Origin: an uncultured virus (IMG/VR IMGVR_UViG_3300025803_000010)
Lineage: Duplodnaviria > Heunggongvirae > Uroviricota > Caudoviricetes
Direction: 5' to 3' (one strand)
DNA length: 20,000 nt
Virus record (IMG/VR): IMGVR_UViG_3300025803_000010
Made by a program: the position numbers and the translations under genes. The notes beneath the pieces were generated by a model. It saw only the letters and a list, made by a program, of their open reading frames with translations, was not told where the DNA came from and searched no databases. Positions 7,337 through 15,828 of the stretch are shown here, in pieces (position 1 is the stretch's first letter; each line of letters opens with the position of its first letter).

Positions 7337-7801
7337 TTAACTTTTCTTTGAACCACCGAAAGTTACACGAGTCTGTCTATCAACATTGATAGGCATACTT
7401 GGATGCTCTTCCTTCATAAGATCGTTATCTGATGCTTTGACCTTTTCTTGATGCTGATTAGCATAATACTCTTGTCTTTGTTGCGCGATCTCATCAGGTA
7501 CTCTAGCGAGCACTAGGCCGCCTACTCCGATTACTCCCTTGTATTTGCCATCGTCCACAGTTGGAAAATCTGAGTCAGGGTATTCATCCGATCTAACTAA
7601 TTCATAACCAGATCTTAATCTGCCTTGAATATTTTTAGAATCATTGAATCCTAATGACTCGGCTCTTAACCATCTGTGCCTAAATCCTGTCGGCGCAGGG
7701 GGTGCATCTAAAGATGACGGTGGAGTCCAAACTTTTTTTCGAGATTCTTTATCTCTAGTCTGACTCGCACGGGAAGTTTTCTTTTCTGTTATTTTATTCA
7801 T
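7337..7801 (-). CDS. Conserved head-module protein of unknown function
   Basis: 154-aa ORF between scaffold and decoration genes; WTPPSSLDAPPAPTGFRHRW motif. Confidence 0.8.
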   Translation of the reverse strand: MNKITEKKTSRASQTRDKESRKKVWTPPSSLDAPPAPTGFRHRWLRAESLGFNDSKNIQGRLRSGYELVRSDEYPDSDFPTVDDGKYKGVIGVGGLVLARVPDEIAQQRQEYYANQHQEKVKASDNDLMKEEHPSMPINVDRQTRVTFGGSKKS

Positions 7802-7805
7802 ATGC

Positions 7806-8786
7806 TTATACCTCCTTCGTGATTTTTAATTGTTTCGCATACTCTTCAAGTGGCACACCTAATTTTTTAGCGATTGATACCTGTGATGATGTGAGTCTCA
7901 CAGTTCTGCGACCTGATTTTGTACTTCGCTTCGCTGAAGCTACTGTTTGTACTGGCTTGGTCGTTGTATTTTCAGCCGTATCGCTATTATTACCAAATTT
8001 ATGAGGAAATGCAACTCTTATTCTTTTGTCTATTTCCTTATAATATTCATCACTTGATGTGTCATAACCTTCTTCTTCAGTAAGCTTCTTATGCAAATCC
8101 ATAGCGGTGTATGTCATCGCATTATCACTTCCAAACCAAGAGTTTTTCTCAGCCCATGATTCTGCTCTAGGATCAGGAGTATCTTGTTTAGGAGCAATTG
8201 CTTCCCTTAAATTAGGTTGTTTTACTTCTTGTTGTTTAGCTGCTGTTTCTTGAGCTTCCTTGGCCTCAAGATACTTAGCTTTTCTATATCCTAATTCAGA
8301 TATAGATGTTTGAGCATCAATCTCAGCTTGAAGATCACTTGCTTCCCTTGCTGCTGCAAGTTTAGCTTTAGCGGCTTCTAAACCAGAATTAATACTTTGT
8401 TCTGTCGCTGATAAAAAACCAGGTTCTAATTTACTTAGTTTGTTTTTTATCGTTTTTTGTTCTGCAACAACTAACTCAGCGTATTTTAAAGCTTCATCTT
8501 TTTGTCTTTCAGCTTCTCTCCACTTTTTAGTTAGTTTTGCAATTCTTTTTTGTACTCCTGTAGAGTACTCTTCTAATTCTTTCTTTTCTTGAGGCTCCTC
8601 TTTTGTTTCTACTTGAGGTGCTTCTTCTTTCTGTTCTTCAACAACCGTTTCTTCTTTAGTTTCTACTTCAGGTTCAGTTGTGGGTTGTTCTACAACTTCT
8701 TCCTTTTTTTCTTCAGCGATATCAATATCAGCGCCTGGGCCTGATGTATCTATATCAACTGTTTTGTTTTCTTCTACGTCTGGCAT
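7806..8786 (-). CDS. Putative capsid scaffolding protein
   Basis: Acidic disordered N-terminus, long coiled coil, C-terminal IAKKLGVPLEEYAK helix-turn-helix; lies between portal and capsid genes. Confidence 0.7.
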   Translation of the reverse strand: MPDVEENKTVDIDTSGPGADIDIAEEKKEEVVEQPTTEPEVETKEETVVEEQKEEAPQVETKEEPQEKKELEEYSTGVQKRIAKLTKKWREAERQKDEALKYAELVVAEQKTIKNKLSKLEPGFLSATEQSINSGLEAAKAKLAAAREASDLQAEIDAQTSISELGYRKAKYLEAKEAQETAAKQQEVKQPNLREAIAPKQDTPDPRAESWAEKNSWFGSDNAMTYTAMDLHKKLTEEEGYDTSSDEYYKEIDKRIRVAFPHKFGNNSDTAENTTTKPVQTVASAKRSTKSGRRTVRLTSSQVSIAKKLGVPLEEYAKQLKITKEV

Positions 8787-8801
8787 AGTTTCCTCCTATG
8801 A

Positions 8802-9263
8802 TTAATATTGATGAAGTATGTCTTGTGGATTTTCGATGGTTGCTAACACTTCATCATCATTTAGCAATCTTACTTCTCCTCCATCGATTTGTATTCGGCT
8901 ACCTGCATATCTTGCAAAGATAACCCAATCTCCTTTTTTACACCAAGGTCCTTCTGGAAATTTTTCTTTATCATAACAATGTGGTCCCATTGCTAAAACT
9001 AAACCACAAGTAGATCCTACTTGTTGTCTTTCCAAAGTATCTTGGCCTAAATACAAACCACCTTTAGTTTTTTCTGGCATTTTAAAAGGAAGAATTAACA
9101 TTCTCCAACCAGTTGGGTTTGGTAATTTATTTGATTCTTTTGTTTTTAAACGTTCGTACCCTTCAACTTCTTTTTGTTGATTATCTTTGTACTTCTCTTC
9201 TAAAGCATTTTTATGCTTCGGTATCGTGTTTCCCGAACTTGATAATATTTCTGTCTTGCTCAT
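8802..9263 (-). CDS. groES: GroES/Cpn10-like co-chaperonin
   Basis: PTGWRMLI, EKTKGGLYL mobile loop, GLVLAMGP, KKGDWVIFARYAGSRIQIDGGEVRLLNDDEVLA; AAGGAG RBS. Confidence 0.9.
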   Translation of the reverse strand: MSKTEILSSSGNTIPKHKNALEEKYKDNQQKEVEGYERLKTKESNKLPNPTGWRMLILPFKMPEKTKGGLYLGQDTLERQQVGSTCGLVLAMGPHCYDKEKFPEGPWCKKGDWVIFARYAGSRIQIDGGEVRLLNDDEVLATIENPQDILHQY

Positions 9264-9453
9264 TTTTTTGCTCCTTAGGTTCTAGCAGGTTAGAGATTTC
9301 CTGACTTGTTTTATAGTAGGCATGTGCCTGTCCCATCATGTACTTGTATTTTTCCATATTGTCAACAGTACCAGCAATCATTGAATCACCGATTTGTTGA
9401 TATTCTTCTTTTAAATACTTTTGTATTTTATTTACGATTATTAGATCATCCAT
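9211..9453 (-). CDS. Hypothetical protein
   Basis: ORF track; operonic overlap with neighbours; GAGG upstream. Confidence 0.75.
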   Translation of the reverse strand: MDDLIIVNKIQKYLKEEYQQIGDSMIAGTVDNMEKYKYMMGQAHAYYKTSQEISNLLEPKEQKNEQDRNIIKFGKHDTEA

Positions 9454-9635
9454 TTTTCTACCTCTTTCAATTTTTCTCTAGCAGTTGATATCTTATCAAA
9501 TAGTTTATCCATCTCATCAATATGTTGTGGATGTTCTCCAATACCTACTGAATTAGATAAATAAATTTCTAATGTTGCTTCTGATTCTGCTATTTGTGCT
9601 TCGTATCTTTTTTTAAGTGCTTTTAACATTTCCAA
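9441..9635 (-). CDS. Hypothetical helical-hairpin protein (true start probably ATG at 9629)
   Basis: NSVGIGEHPQH turn between two helices. Confidence 0.75.
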   Translation of the reverse strand: MEMLKALKKRYEAQIAESEATLEIYLSNSVGIGEHPQHIDEMDKLFDKISTAREKLKEVEKWMI

Positions 9636-9916
9636 CGTCTCCGTGCCTGACGGATACGTGAATTTGGATCGTTTCGAGTTTTTGCAGATGACCTTTTTAA
9701 TTGTCCTAGTGATCTAGCGCAGTATGATTTTCTGCGATTTGCAGCTTTCGATCCAGGCTTCACTTTTCCTGTCACAGCTGTTTTTAGTTTTGAACCGGGA
9801 TTTGCTCTTCTATAGGCAGCGACACCCGCTTTTGTCATGCCTGCTCCAGACTTTGTAGGTCTGTAGTTCTTTTTAGTTTTAGGAATAGGATTACCTTTTG
9901 AAAAATATTGTCTCAT
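9623..9916 (-). CDS. Basic DUF6321-like protein (copy 2)
   Basis: 79 of 83 aa identical to the C-terminal domain of 3433..3882. Confidence 0.8.
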   Translation of the reverse strand: MRQYFSKGNPIPKTKKNYRPTKSGAGMTKAGVAAYRRANPGSKLKTAVTGKVKPGSKAANRRKSYCARSLGQLKRSSAKTRNDPNSRIRQARRRWKC

Positions 9917-10263
9917 TAATCTAACATTCCTTTGTAATATTTTGCATAAGATGGATTATTTAATTTAACACCACCATATGTAGAATTAATTGCTGGACCA
10001 ATATAACCACCAGCACTTGCTGTTTTTCTTTTAGCAAATGTTTTTACGTTAGTTGGTTTTGGACCTGTATTACTTGCTGCTCTTTTTCTGCTGACAGCAG
10101 ATGCCTTTTGTGAGCTTGTCATTCGTGTGGCTTTGGCAAGTGGTACGCATTTCGGATATTTTCTTTTGCTGCCCTTTGATCTTCCGCACGGTTGATATTT
10201 CCCGTTCTTCTTCGGAGCTCCTATATCTACCCATTTCTCTTGTACCCATTTTCTTAGCGACAT
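9916..10263 (-). CDS. Small basic protein
   Basis: SLRKWVQEKWVDIG...CGRS...YPKCVP; K/R-rich; TAATG coupling to the next gene. Confidence 0.8.
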   Translation of the reverse strand: MSLRKWVQEKWVDIGAPKKNGKYQPCGRSKGSKRKYPKCVPLAKATRMTSSQKASAVSRKRAASNTGPKPTNVKTFAKRKTASAGGYIGPAINSTYGGVKLNNPSYAKYYKGMLD

Positions 10264-10451
10264 CTTCTTTTTCTAGCCAATCCTGCAACTTGAAGTCCGC
10301 CATTAGCTGCTTTCTTACGACTACCTTTTTTACCGCCTGGTGTTATTTTACCAGAACAAACTCCTGATGCGTACATGTTTGCGTACGCGGAAGGATAAAC
10401 GTCAAATTTTCTCTTCGCTGCTGCTTTTCCTTTTGCACAAAGTTTAGCCAT
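10254..10451 (-). CDS. Small basic protein
   Basis: AKRKFDVYPSAYANMYASGVC motif; operonic. Confidence 0.75.
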   Translation of the reverse strand: MAKLCAKGKAAAKRKFDVYPSAYANMYASGVCSGKITPGGKKGSRKKAANGGLQVAGLARKRRCR

Positions 10452-10566
10452 TAGCTACCACCTTTTTACATGCTGGACAGCTTTTCATAAATCTTAAATG
10501 CATAGCGCATTTAACTTCTATAAATTTTTTTTGTTTAATAAATAAACTTTTTATCCAGTTCCACAT
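10444..10566 (-). CDS. 40-aa peptide with CxxH-x6-CxxC putative Zn site
   Basis: Manual translation MWNWIKSLFIKQKKFIEVKCAMHLRFMKSCPACKKVVANG*; TAATG coupling; fills the gap exactly. Confidence 0.7.
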   Translation of the reverse strand: MWNWIKSLFIKQKKFIEVKCAMHLRFMKSCPACKKVVANG

Positions 10567-10748
10567 TATACTTTTTCCGCTAATTTAGAATCAATCTTTT
10601 TTTGTACTGCTTCTGGCAACTTAGAAAAATTTTTTTCTTGAGTACCTGTAGCATAATTTTTTCTCATCATTCCACCTGCCATCTTTTTCACTCTTTTAAC
10701 AGGTGAACGACTGCAAGTAACTTGTGGGTTATATATTGGATTTGCCAT
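10566..10748 (-). CDS. Small basic protein
   Basis: ORF track; TAATG coupling on both sides. Confidence 0.7.
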   Translation of the reverse strand: MANPIYNPQVTCSRSPVKRVKKMAGGMMRKNYATGTQEKNFSKLPEAVQKKIDSKLAEKV

Positions 10749-11074
10749 TATACTCTTCCTCCTTTTTTAAAAGTAGTAGCATTTGGTAATTCTGTTTTAA
10801 TCATTTTTAATGCTTTTGATGGTTTACCCATTTTTGTTTTTGGAAAATATCTCCTATTATTATCTAAGAATTTTTGTTTGTCTTTTGCAGTGGCAAATTC
10901 ACTTGATGCAAAGCCTTTATCTTTTTTAAGCTTATCTATTCTAAATTCCCGCTGTCTTTTTTTTAAATCCTCTCTAGAAATAGATTTTGTAGGTTTTTTT
11001 TCAGTGGGTTTTTTTCTACTTTTTTTTGTACCTACAGAAAACATTTTTCTAGTTTGTATGTTGTATGTTCTCAT
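10748..11074 (-). CDS. Lys-rich small protein
   Basis: ORF track; TAATG coupling; ends FKKGGRV. Confidence 0.7.
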   Translation of the reverse strand: MRTYNIQTRKMFSVGTKKSRKKPTEKKPTKSISREDLKKRQREFRIDKLKKDKGFASSEFATAKDKQKFLDNNRRYFPKTKMGKPSKALKMIKTELPNATTFKKGGRV

Positions 11075-11262
11075 TATTTTTTTCCTCCTTTTAATATCTC
11101 TGCTTGATAAATTGCTTTAGCTCTTTTAGGTAAATTTTTATATTTGTATTCCGTTGTCTTACTTGTACCTGTTGTCGGTTTAACAGATTTAATTGTTTTA
11201 TCTTTAACATCTTTTTTTAATGCTTTACCAAATCCTCTTAGTGCTATTCCAATAACTGACAT
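11074..11262 (-). CDS. Lys-rich small protein
   Basis: ORF track; TAATG coupling; GGAGG RBS. Confidence 0.7.
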   Translation of the reverse strand: MSVIGIALRGFGKALKKDVKDKTIKSVKPTTGTSKTTEYKYKNLPKRAKAIYQAEILKGGKK

Positions 11263-11648
11263 TATTTTTTTCCTCCTCTAAAGATTTGTGTACCCTTAAT
11301 TCCAAAAATACTTGCAACTACAAGCACCCATAAATTAGTAAACCATTTCGGAAGCTCATGAAAGTATTCAAAGAATAGCTTTACTTTCTCCATAGCAGTT
11401 GGATCGTCTGACATTACTGCCCACATTAACACCACGATGGGCGCCGATATGATTACGAGTACAAATTCGTCCTTATAGTCGTTTTGACGGGCTTCTAATA
11501 GTTTGCCTTGGTAAGTTTCCTCACCTCGGGCCATCTTTTCTGCATGCATTAGTTGTGCATCAGACATAGCCATCTTAGTCTTCTGGCGGTTAGAGTAAAT
11601 TTTACTTCCAGCCTGTAAAGCAATTTTTGCTAGACTAAACCAAGCCAT
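11262..11648 (-). CDS. Holin-like membrane protein
   Basis: Amphipathic N-terminus, two hydrophobic segments (FVLVIISAPIVVLMWAVM; WFTNLWVLVVASIFGI) and a basic C-terminus; resembles GTA-type 3TM holins. Confidence 0.55.
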   Translation of the reverse strand: MAWFSLAKIALQAGSKIYSNRQKTKMAMSDAQLMHAEKMARGEETYQGKLLEARQNDYKDEFVLVIISAPIVVLMWAVMSDDPTAMEKVKLFFEYFHELPKWFTNLWVLVVASIFGIKGTQIFRGGKK

Positions 11649-11649
11649 A

Positions 11650-11832
11650 TTAGTACGCTTTTGATTTTCTTTTCTTTTCTGGCATTACAGCACCTTGACC
11701 TTGAACTTCTAATTCAGGTCCGCCTGTACCAATGTAGTTAAAAGCACCGTCAGCAGTTGTTTTAGATCTTGGATCTACTTCAATCTGTTGTTCGCCTACT
11801 TTAACTTCTTTAATTTTATCAAGTTTTTCCAT
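11650..11832 (-). CDS. Hypothetical protein
   Basis: ORF track; AAGGAG RBS. Confidence 0.75.
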   Translation of the reverse strand: MEKLDKIKEVKVGEQQIEVDPRSKTTADGAFNYIGTGGPELEVQGQGAVMPEKKRKSKAY

Positions 11833-11872
11833 TTTTAACTCCTTAGTTTATTTTTTAACCTATTTTTATAGA

Positions 11873-14368
11873 TTAGTCATCACTTTTTCTAACAATAGAT
11901 ACGTTAGGTATCATATCCTTAGCATTTGGTAATGTTTTTGAAAGAATAGTCTTTTCAATTGAAGTATCAGCTCTTAATTTTGCTAATTCTTCGTTTTGAT
12001 CCATCTTATCTTCTGTGTTTTGTTGGTTCATCATCGCTCTCATCTTATCAAGATTGATTCTTTCATCACCTTCTCTCTCTTTTCGCATGTTTTCTTGTGC
12101 TCTAAGATCTAATTCTCTTGCTCTTAACTTAGCAATTGGATCATTATCAAATTGTGAAGTAATTTTCTTCTCTTCTTCCATAAAATCGTTCATCATTTCT
12201 GCAATCAACACAGCTTTTCTTGCATCAATCTTCTGTTGCATCATCATGGCTTGTTGTTGAAGCTGTGGATTCTGTTGTGCCATCTGCATCATCTGTTGTA
12301 ATTGAACTAATTCCTGTCTAAATTCTATTTCAACCTGTTCTTGAGCCATTAAAGAAATATGTTCAAATATATTTTTTTCTAACAACGCCATAACCGCTGG
12401 ATTATTTCTAGCCATATTAGTTGCCATAAAATTTAAGTGAGCTGTAATGTGTGCTCTATGATCTTGACCAGGGAAAGCTTGAAATTGTTTTCCTGCTAAA
12501 GCATCAATGTGTTCTAACGCCGGATCTTTTGGTGTTGGTGGCATAGGTTTAACTAAAACTGAATCTATATTTTTTACACCCAACGCTTCATACATATTTC
12601 TATACGCTGAATACATATTGTGCATTTGAGGATTAGACGTAGCCAATTGCAGTTCCGTCTGAGCGAGGGAAATACGCTGTGTCTGTGAGAAAATATTTGG
12701 ATCTGCAACTGGCAATATATCCACTCGGTCATCAAAGTCAGTTTGTTTTATCATTCTTTGACCACCGACTACGTCGTAAGGATATTCCCGAGGCAAGTAT
12801 AATTTAAATACTCTTGCCATTAATTTAAATTCTTGTTTTAGAGCTGCATAAATTCTTTTGTGAATGGCAGACATAGTTCTGCTGCCTCTTTCCAACAAAG
12901 CTACTGTCGTACCCACTGCCGCTTGTTGATTACCCTCACCTACTTGCAAGTCTGCTATTGAAGCGAATCTTTGACCTGCTTGTACTACGACGCCCATAAG
13001 TCCTAAAAGTGTTTGTGATGGTTCCTTGAAAGGAAGCATCATAAATGAGTCTCTTAAATTACCTCCAGGCGCGTCTACATCTCTAAACTCTCCTGGTTGA
13101 ATACTTTGTGCATCGTCCCTAATTCTAATACCACGCATTTTAAAACCAGCGGGTAAGTTAGATAGGGTTCCGGCATCTAGCAACTGTCGTAATGCAGCTG
13201 TAGCTGTTCTTGATAATCCACCAATCATATGAATTAAACCAAAACCATAAAAGCCAAGTCCTGGTAAAAATTTGAAATGTACAAAATATTGAACTTTACT
13301 TTTTGTAGCATCTCCTACTTCATAATTTCTTTTGATTGATAAAATCTCTCTTGAGTGTTCTTCGATTGTTACAATATACGGAAGTTTAATTCCTGTAGGC
13401 TCACCATCTTCTGGATTAATATCCTGGTAACCTTCTAGATCTAAATTAACGTGACACTCTAATAAAGTAAAAATATCTTCATCTCTTGATTTAGATGTTC
13501 CTTCTAATTCTCTCTCTTTTCTTTGAACTTCTGTTTCGTTAGTGGGTCCAGGTTTAAGTTCAATGTCTTTATAAAAACCTGCTACTTGTTGTTTTCTTAA
13601 TTCATTCTCTGAAACTTTTACAACATGGATGATGGCCTCCGCATCGTCTAATGAGGTAGCCGTATACGGAACAACCAAGTCATCTGCTGGAACAAATTTA
13701 GAAACTGCTCTTTGTTCTGTTTCATCGTAATAAACTTTTTTAAAAGCAGAACCTGCTAAAGGCAAATGAAATAACATTGAATCAAATTCAGGTTCATATT
13801 CTTTCATCTGATCCATGATCTGATAATTCATAAAATCTTTTACACGTTGTGCTTGTTGAACTTTATCTGGAGTTTGTAATCCTAGTAATTGAGTTCTAAC
13901 AGGACCATCACTAGGTAATAATTCTTTGTAAGCTAATGCTTGAAATTGTGTAACCGCTTCTGCAAGTACAGGATGAGTTGCACCACTTGCACCTTGAAAA
14001 GGTTCTGTTCTTTGATCGTATTTAAATCCTAATAAATCTAAACCCTCTCTGTAAGATCTTTCCCATTCTTTTCTAGAACTTCTATATTCTTGATAATTTT
14101 GAGCAAGTGTAGAACCTAATCTTCCTAATACATCATCAGGTAAATGTTCTGCTAAATTATCGTAATGATTTTGCTCTCCTTCAATCGAAGCAATTGCAGG
14201 ATCATAGTTAATATCTACCGAACCGTCTTCGTTCTCTGTAACTTCTATCGGTTCACCTTTTTCATTAAGCTTTTGCTCTTCTTCTTGTTGAGCTAACTCT
14301 ATCTCTTCAGGTGATGGAATTTTTATTTCCTGCTCTACGTTTGGTAGAGACTTGTCTATGTCTGCCAT
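11873..14368 (-). CDS. Portal protein
   Basis: 831 aa, downstream of terminase; P22-like features (GSAFKKVYYD, GFYGFGLI, Q-rich helical C-terminal region). Confidence 0.88.
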   Translation of the reverse strand: MADIDKSLPNVEQEIKIPSPEEIELAQQEEEQKLNEKGEPIEVTENEDGSVDINYDPAIASIEGEQNHYDNLAEHLPDDVLGRLGSTLAQNYQEYRSSRKEWERSYREGLDLLGFKYDQRTEPFQGASGATHPVLAEAVTQFQALAYKELLPSDGPVRTQLLGLQTPDKVQQAQRVKDFMNYQIMDQMKEYEPEFDSMLFHLPLAGSAFKKVYYDETEQRAVSKFVPADDLVVPYTATSLDDAEAIIHVVKVSENELRKQQVAGFYKDIELKPGPTNETEVQRKERELEGTSKSRDEDIFTLLECHVNLDLEGYQDINPEDGEPTGIKLPYIVTIEEHSREILSIKRNYEVGDATKSKVQYFVHFKFLPGLGFYGFGLIHMIGGLSRTATAALRQLLDAGTLSNLPAGFKMRGIRIRDDAQSIQPGEFRDVDAPGGNLRDSFMMLPFKEPSQTLLGLMGVVVQAGQRFASIADLQVGEGNQQAAVGTTVALLERGSRTMSAIHKRIYAALKQEFKLMARVFKLYLPREYPYDVVGGQRMIKQTDFDDRVDILPVADPNIFSQTQRISLAQTELQLATSNPQMHNMYSAYRNMYEALGVKNIDSVLVKPMPPTPKDPALEHIDALAGKQFQAFPGQDHRAHITAHLNFMATNMARNNPAVMALLEKNIFEHISLMAQEQVEIEFRQELVQLQQMMQMAQQNPQLQQQAMMMQQKIDARKAVLIAEMMNDFMEEEKKITSQFDNDPIAKLRARELDLRAQENMRKEREGDERINLDKMRAMMNQQNTEDKMDQNEELAKLRADTSIEKTILSKTLPNAKDMIPNVSIVRKSDD

Positions 14369-14471
14369 TTATTTTCTCCGTTGGTACTTGTTTAACAGTA
14401 TTATAGGATAAACTCAAGCCCTGAGGCATGGGTCCTGATTTAGGGGGTATAGTCCTAGTTAATTTCTTCAT
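14307..14471 (-). CDS. Possible 54-aa ORF bridging the gap before the portal
   Basis: Manual translation MKKLTRTIPPKSGPMPQGLSLSYNTVKQVPTEKINGRHRQVSTKRRAGNKNSIT*; overlaps the portal start by 62 nt. Confidence 0.45.
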   Translation of the reverse strand: MKKLTRTIPPKSGPMPQGLSLSYNTVKQVPTEKINGRHRQVSTKRRAGNKNSIT

Positions 14472-14949
14472 CTAGACCAAAGTCAGGTTTTGAAGCTGCT
14501 TTGTATTTTAATTTTTGTTTTTCTAATCTTGGGGCTAATACCGTTTGTTCAAATTGCTCTGCAGCTGATAAGGCTAGTTTCTCTCTATCCGTTAGTTCAG
14601 GCATTTCCATACCTTCTCTTATTTTACCTACTCCTGCTTGTTTCATCTGAGCAGATAATAAATCGTCTTTTAACCCAAACCGGTCTACGTAATCTGATCT
14701 CTCTCTTGCGTCTTTAACCGGGAGTCCGGCTCCAAGGGTCACAGCGTTTAATAAAACTTCTTTTGCTGTTCTTCCTTCTCCAAAATCTAAAGGTGCTAAT
14801 AAAGCTCCTATACCAGATTCTGCTGCTATTAATTTACCAATAGGTTTTGCTCCTGTTGCAATTTGTCTTGCGTATTGACCAAAAGTTTTTTTAGATTCTG
14901 TTTTAGGAGCATCCATTGCTTTAAGGAGATCAGTAGGTCCTATATCCAT
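14455..14949 (-). CDS. Hypothetical protein (possible internal virion protein)
   Basis: ORF track; AGGAG RBS. Confidence 0.7.
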   Translation of the reverse strand: MDIGPTDLLKAMDAPKTESKKTFGQYARQIATGAKPIGKLIAAESGIGALLAPLDFGEGRTAKEVLLNAVTLGAGLPVKDARERSDYVDRFGLKDDLLSAQMKQAGVGKIREGMEMPELTDREKLALSAAEQFEQTVLAPRLEKQKLKYKAASKPDFGLDEEIN

Positions 14950-15828
14950 TTAAACTCCTAAAATTTTTATTAAGCCACCTTTTGCCATTTCCGGCATATC
15001 AGGATCATCATCTGCTTTCTTTAATTTTGTTCCTAGATCATCTTCTACTAAATCAAAAGAATCTTTCTCTAAAAATTCATTAGCTACTTTGTTAGCATTT
15101 TTTCCAGCTTCTTCACCTTCAAAAATTAAACCATCAAGTTTATCTAATTTATTTAAATCTCTTTTATAAACTTCATTGAACACATCTAATGGATTGATTG
15201 CTCTATCTGTTCGACCTAGTAAAGCATCTTTAATTCCTTGAGGTAAATTTAATCTATCATCATTTAATAAAATAGATCTTACTACACCTGCTCTATTCGC
15301 TTCTTCATTTGCACTGTATCTTTTTGCAGCTAGATCTCCTAGACTTTCTTCTTCTGTTCTATTTCTTTTATTAAGTTTAGCAATATCTTCTTTTAAATTA
15401 GCAAAAGATTTCTCATCTGTTTGCGGAGCTCTTTGTTTTAAAGTCATAATACCTTCTTCATCTAATTTCTTACCTGTACCTATATCGATAACATCAGCTT
15501 GAGGTTTTGGTTTCTTTGCTTCTTCAACCGCTTTAATCATATTCTCTGAAACACCTGCTTGTTTCATTTTAGCTTGTTTAAGTCTTTTAGCATTTAATTC
15601 AAAGTTAGCGATCTCATCTGCATTTTTATTAGACATTGCATAAGGACCGTACTCAGCAATTTTATCTTCTATAAATTGTATTGTTTTAGGATCTTCAAAA
15701 GCTTCATCTGAATAAACTTTATAAGGACTAGCCCAATCCATCTTACGAGGTTTGGTTACATTGGATCTTGTGCCAATCATCTTTTGCACATAGCTCTTAC
15801 CAAATAATTCTGTCAATAATTTTAACAT
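14950..15828 (-). CDS. Hypothetical charged helical protein ending in MAKGGLI motif
   Basis: ORF track; TAATG coupling to the terminase gene. Confidence 0.75.
   Translation of the reverse strand: MLKLLTELFGKSYVQKMIGTRSNVTKPRKMDWASPYKVYSDEAFEDPKTIQFIEDKIAEYGPYAMSNKNADEIANFELNAKRLKQAKMKQAGVSENMIKAVEEAKKPKPQADVIDIGTGKKLDEEGIMTLKQRAPQTDEKSFANLKEDIAKLNKRNRTEEESLGDLAAKRYSANEEANRAGVVRSILLNDDRLNLPQGIKDALLGRTDRAINPLDVFNEVYKRDLNKLDKLDGLIFEGEEAGKNANKVANEFLEKDSFDLVEDDLGTKLKKADDDPDMPEMAKGGLIKILGV

Noticed and set aside
10070..10303. Overlapping 77-aa minus-strand ORF
   Set aside because: Entirely overlaps two better-supported coupled genes in another frame.
11074..11290. C-terminal LKGGKK and FRGGKK as members of the G-G motif family
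   Set aside because: The GG codons coincide with the GGAGG RBS of the next coupled gene, which explains them.
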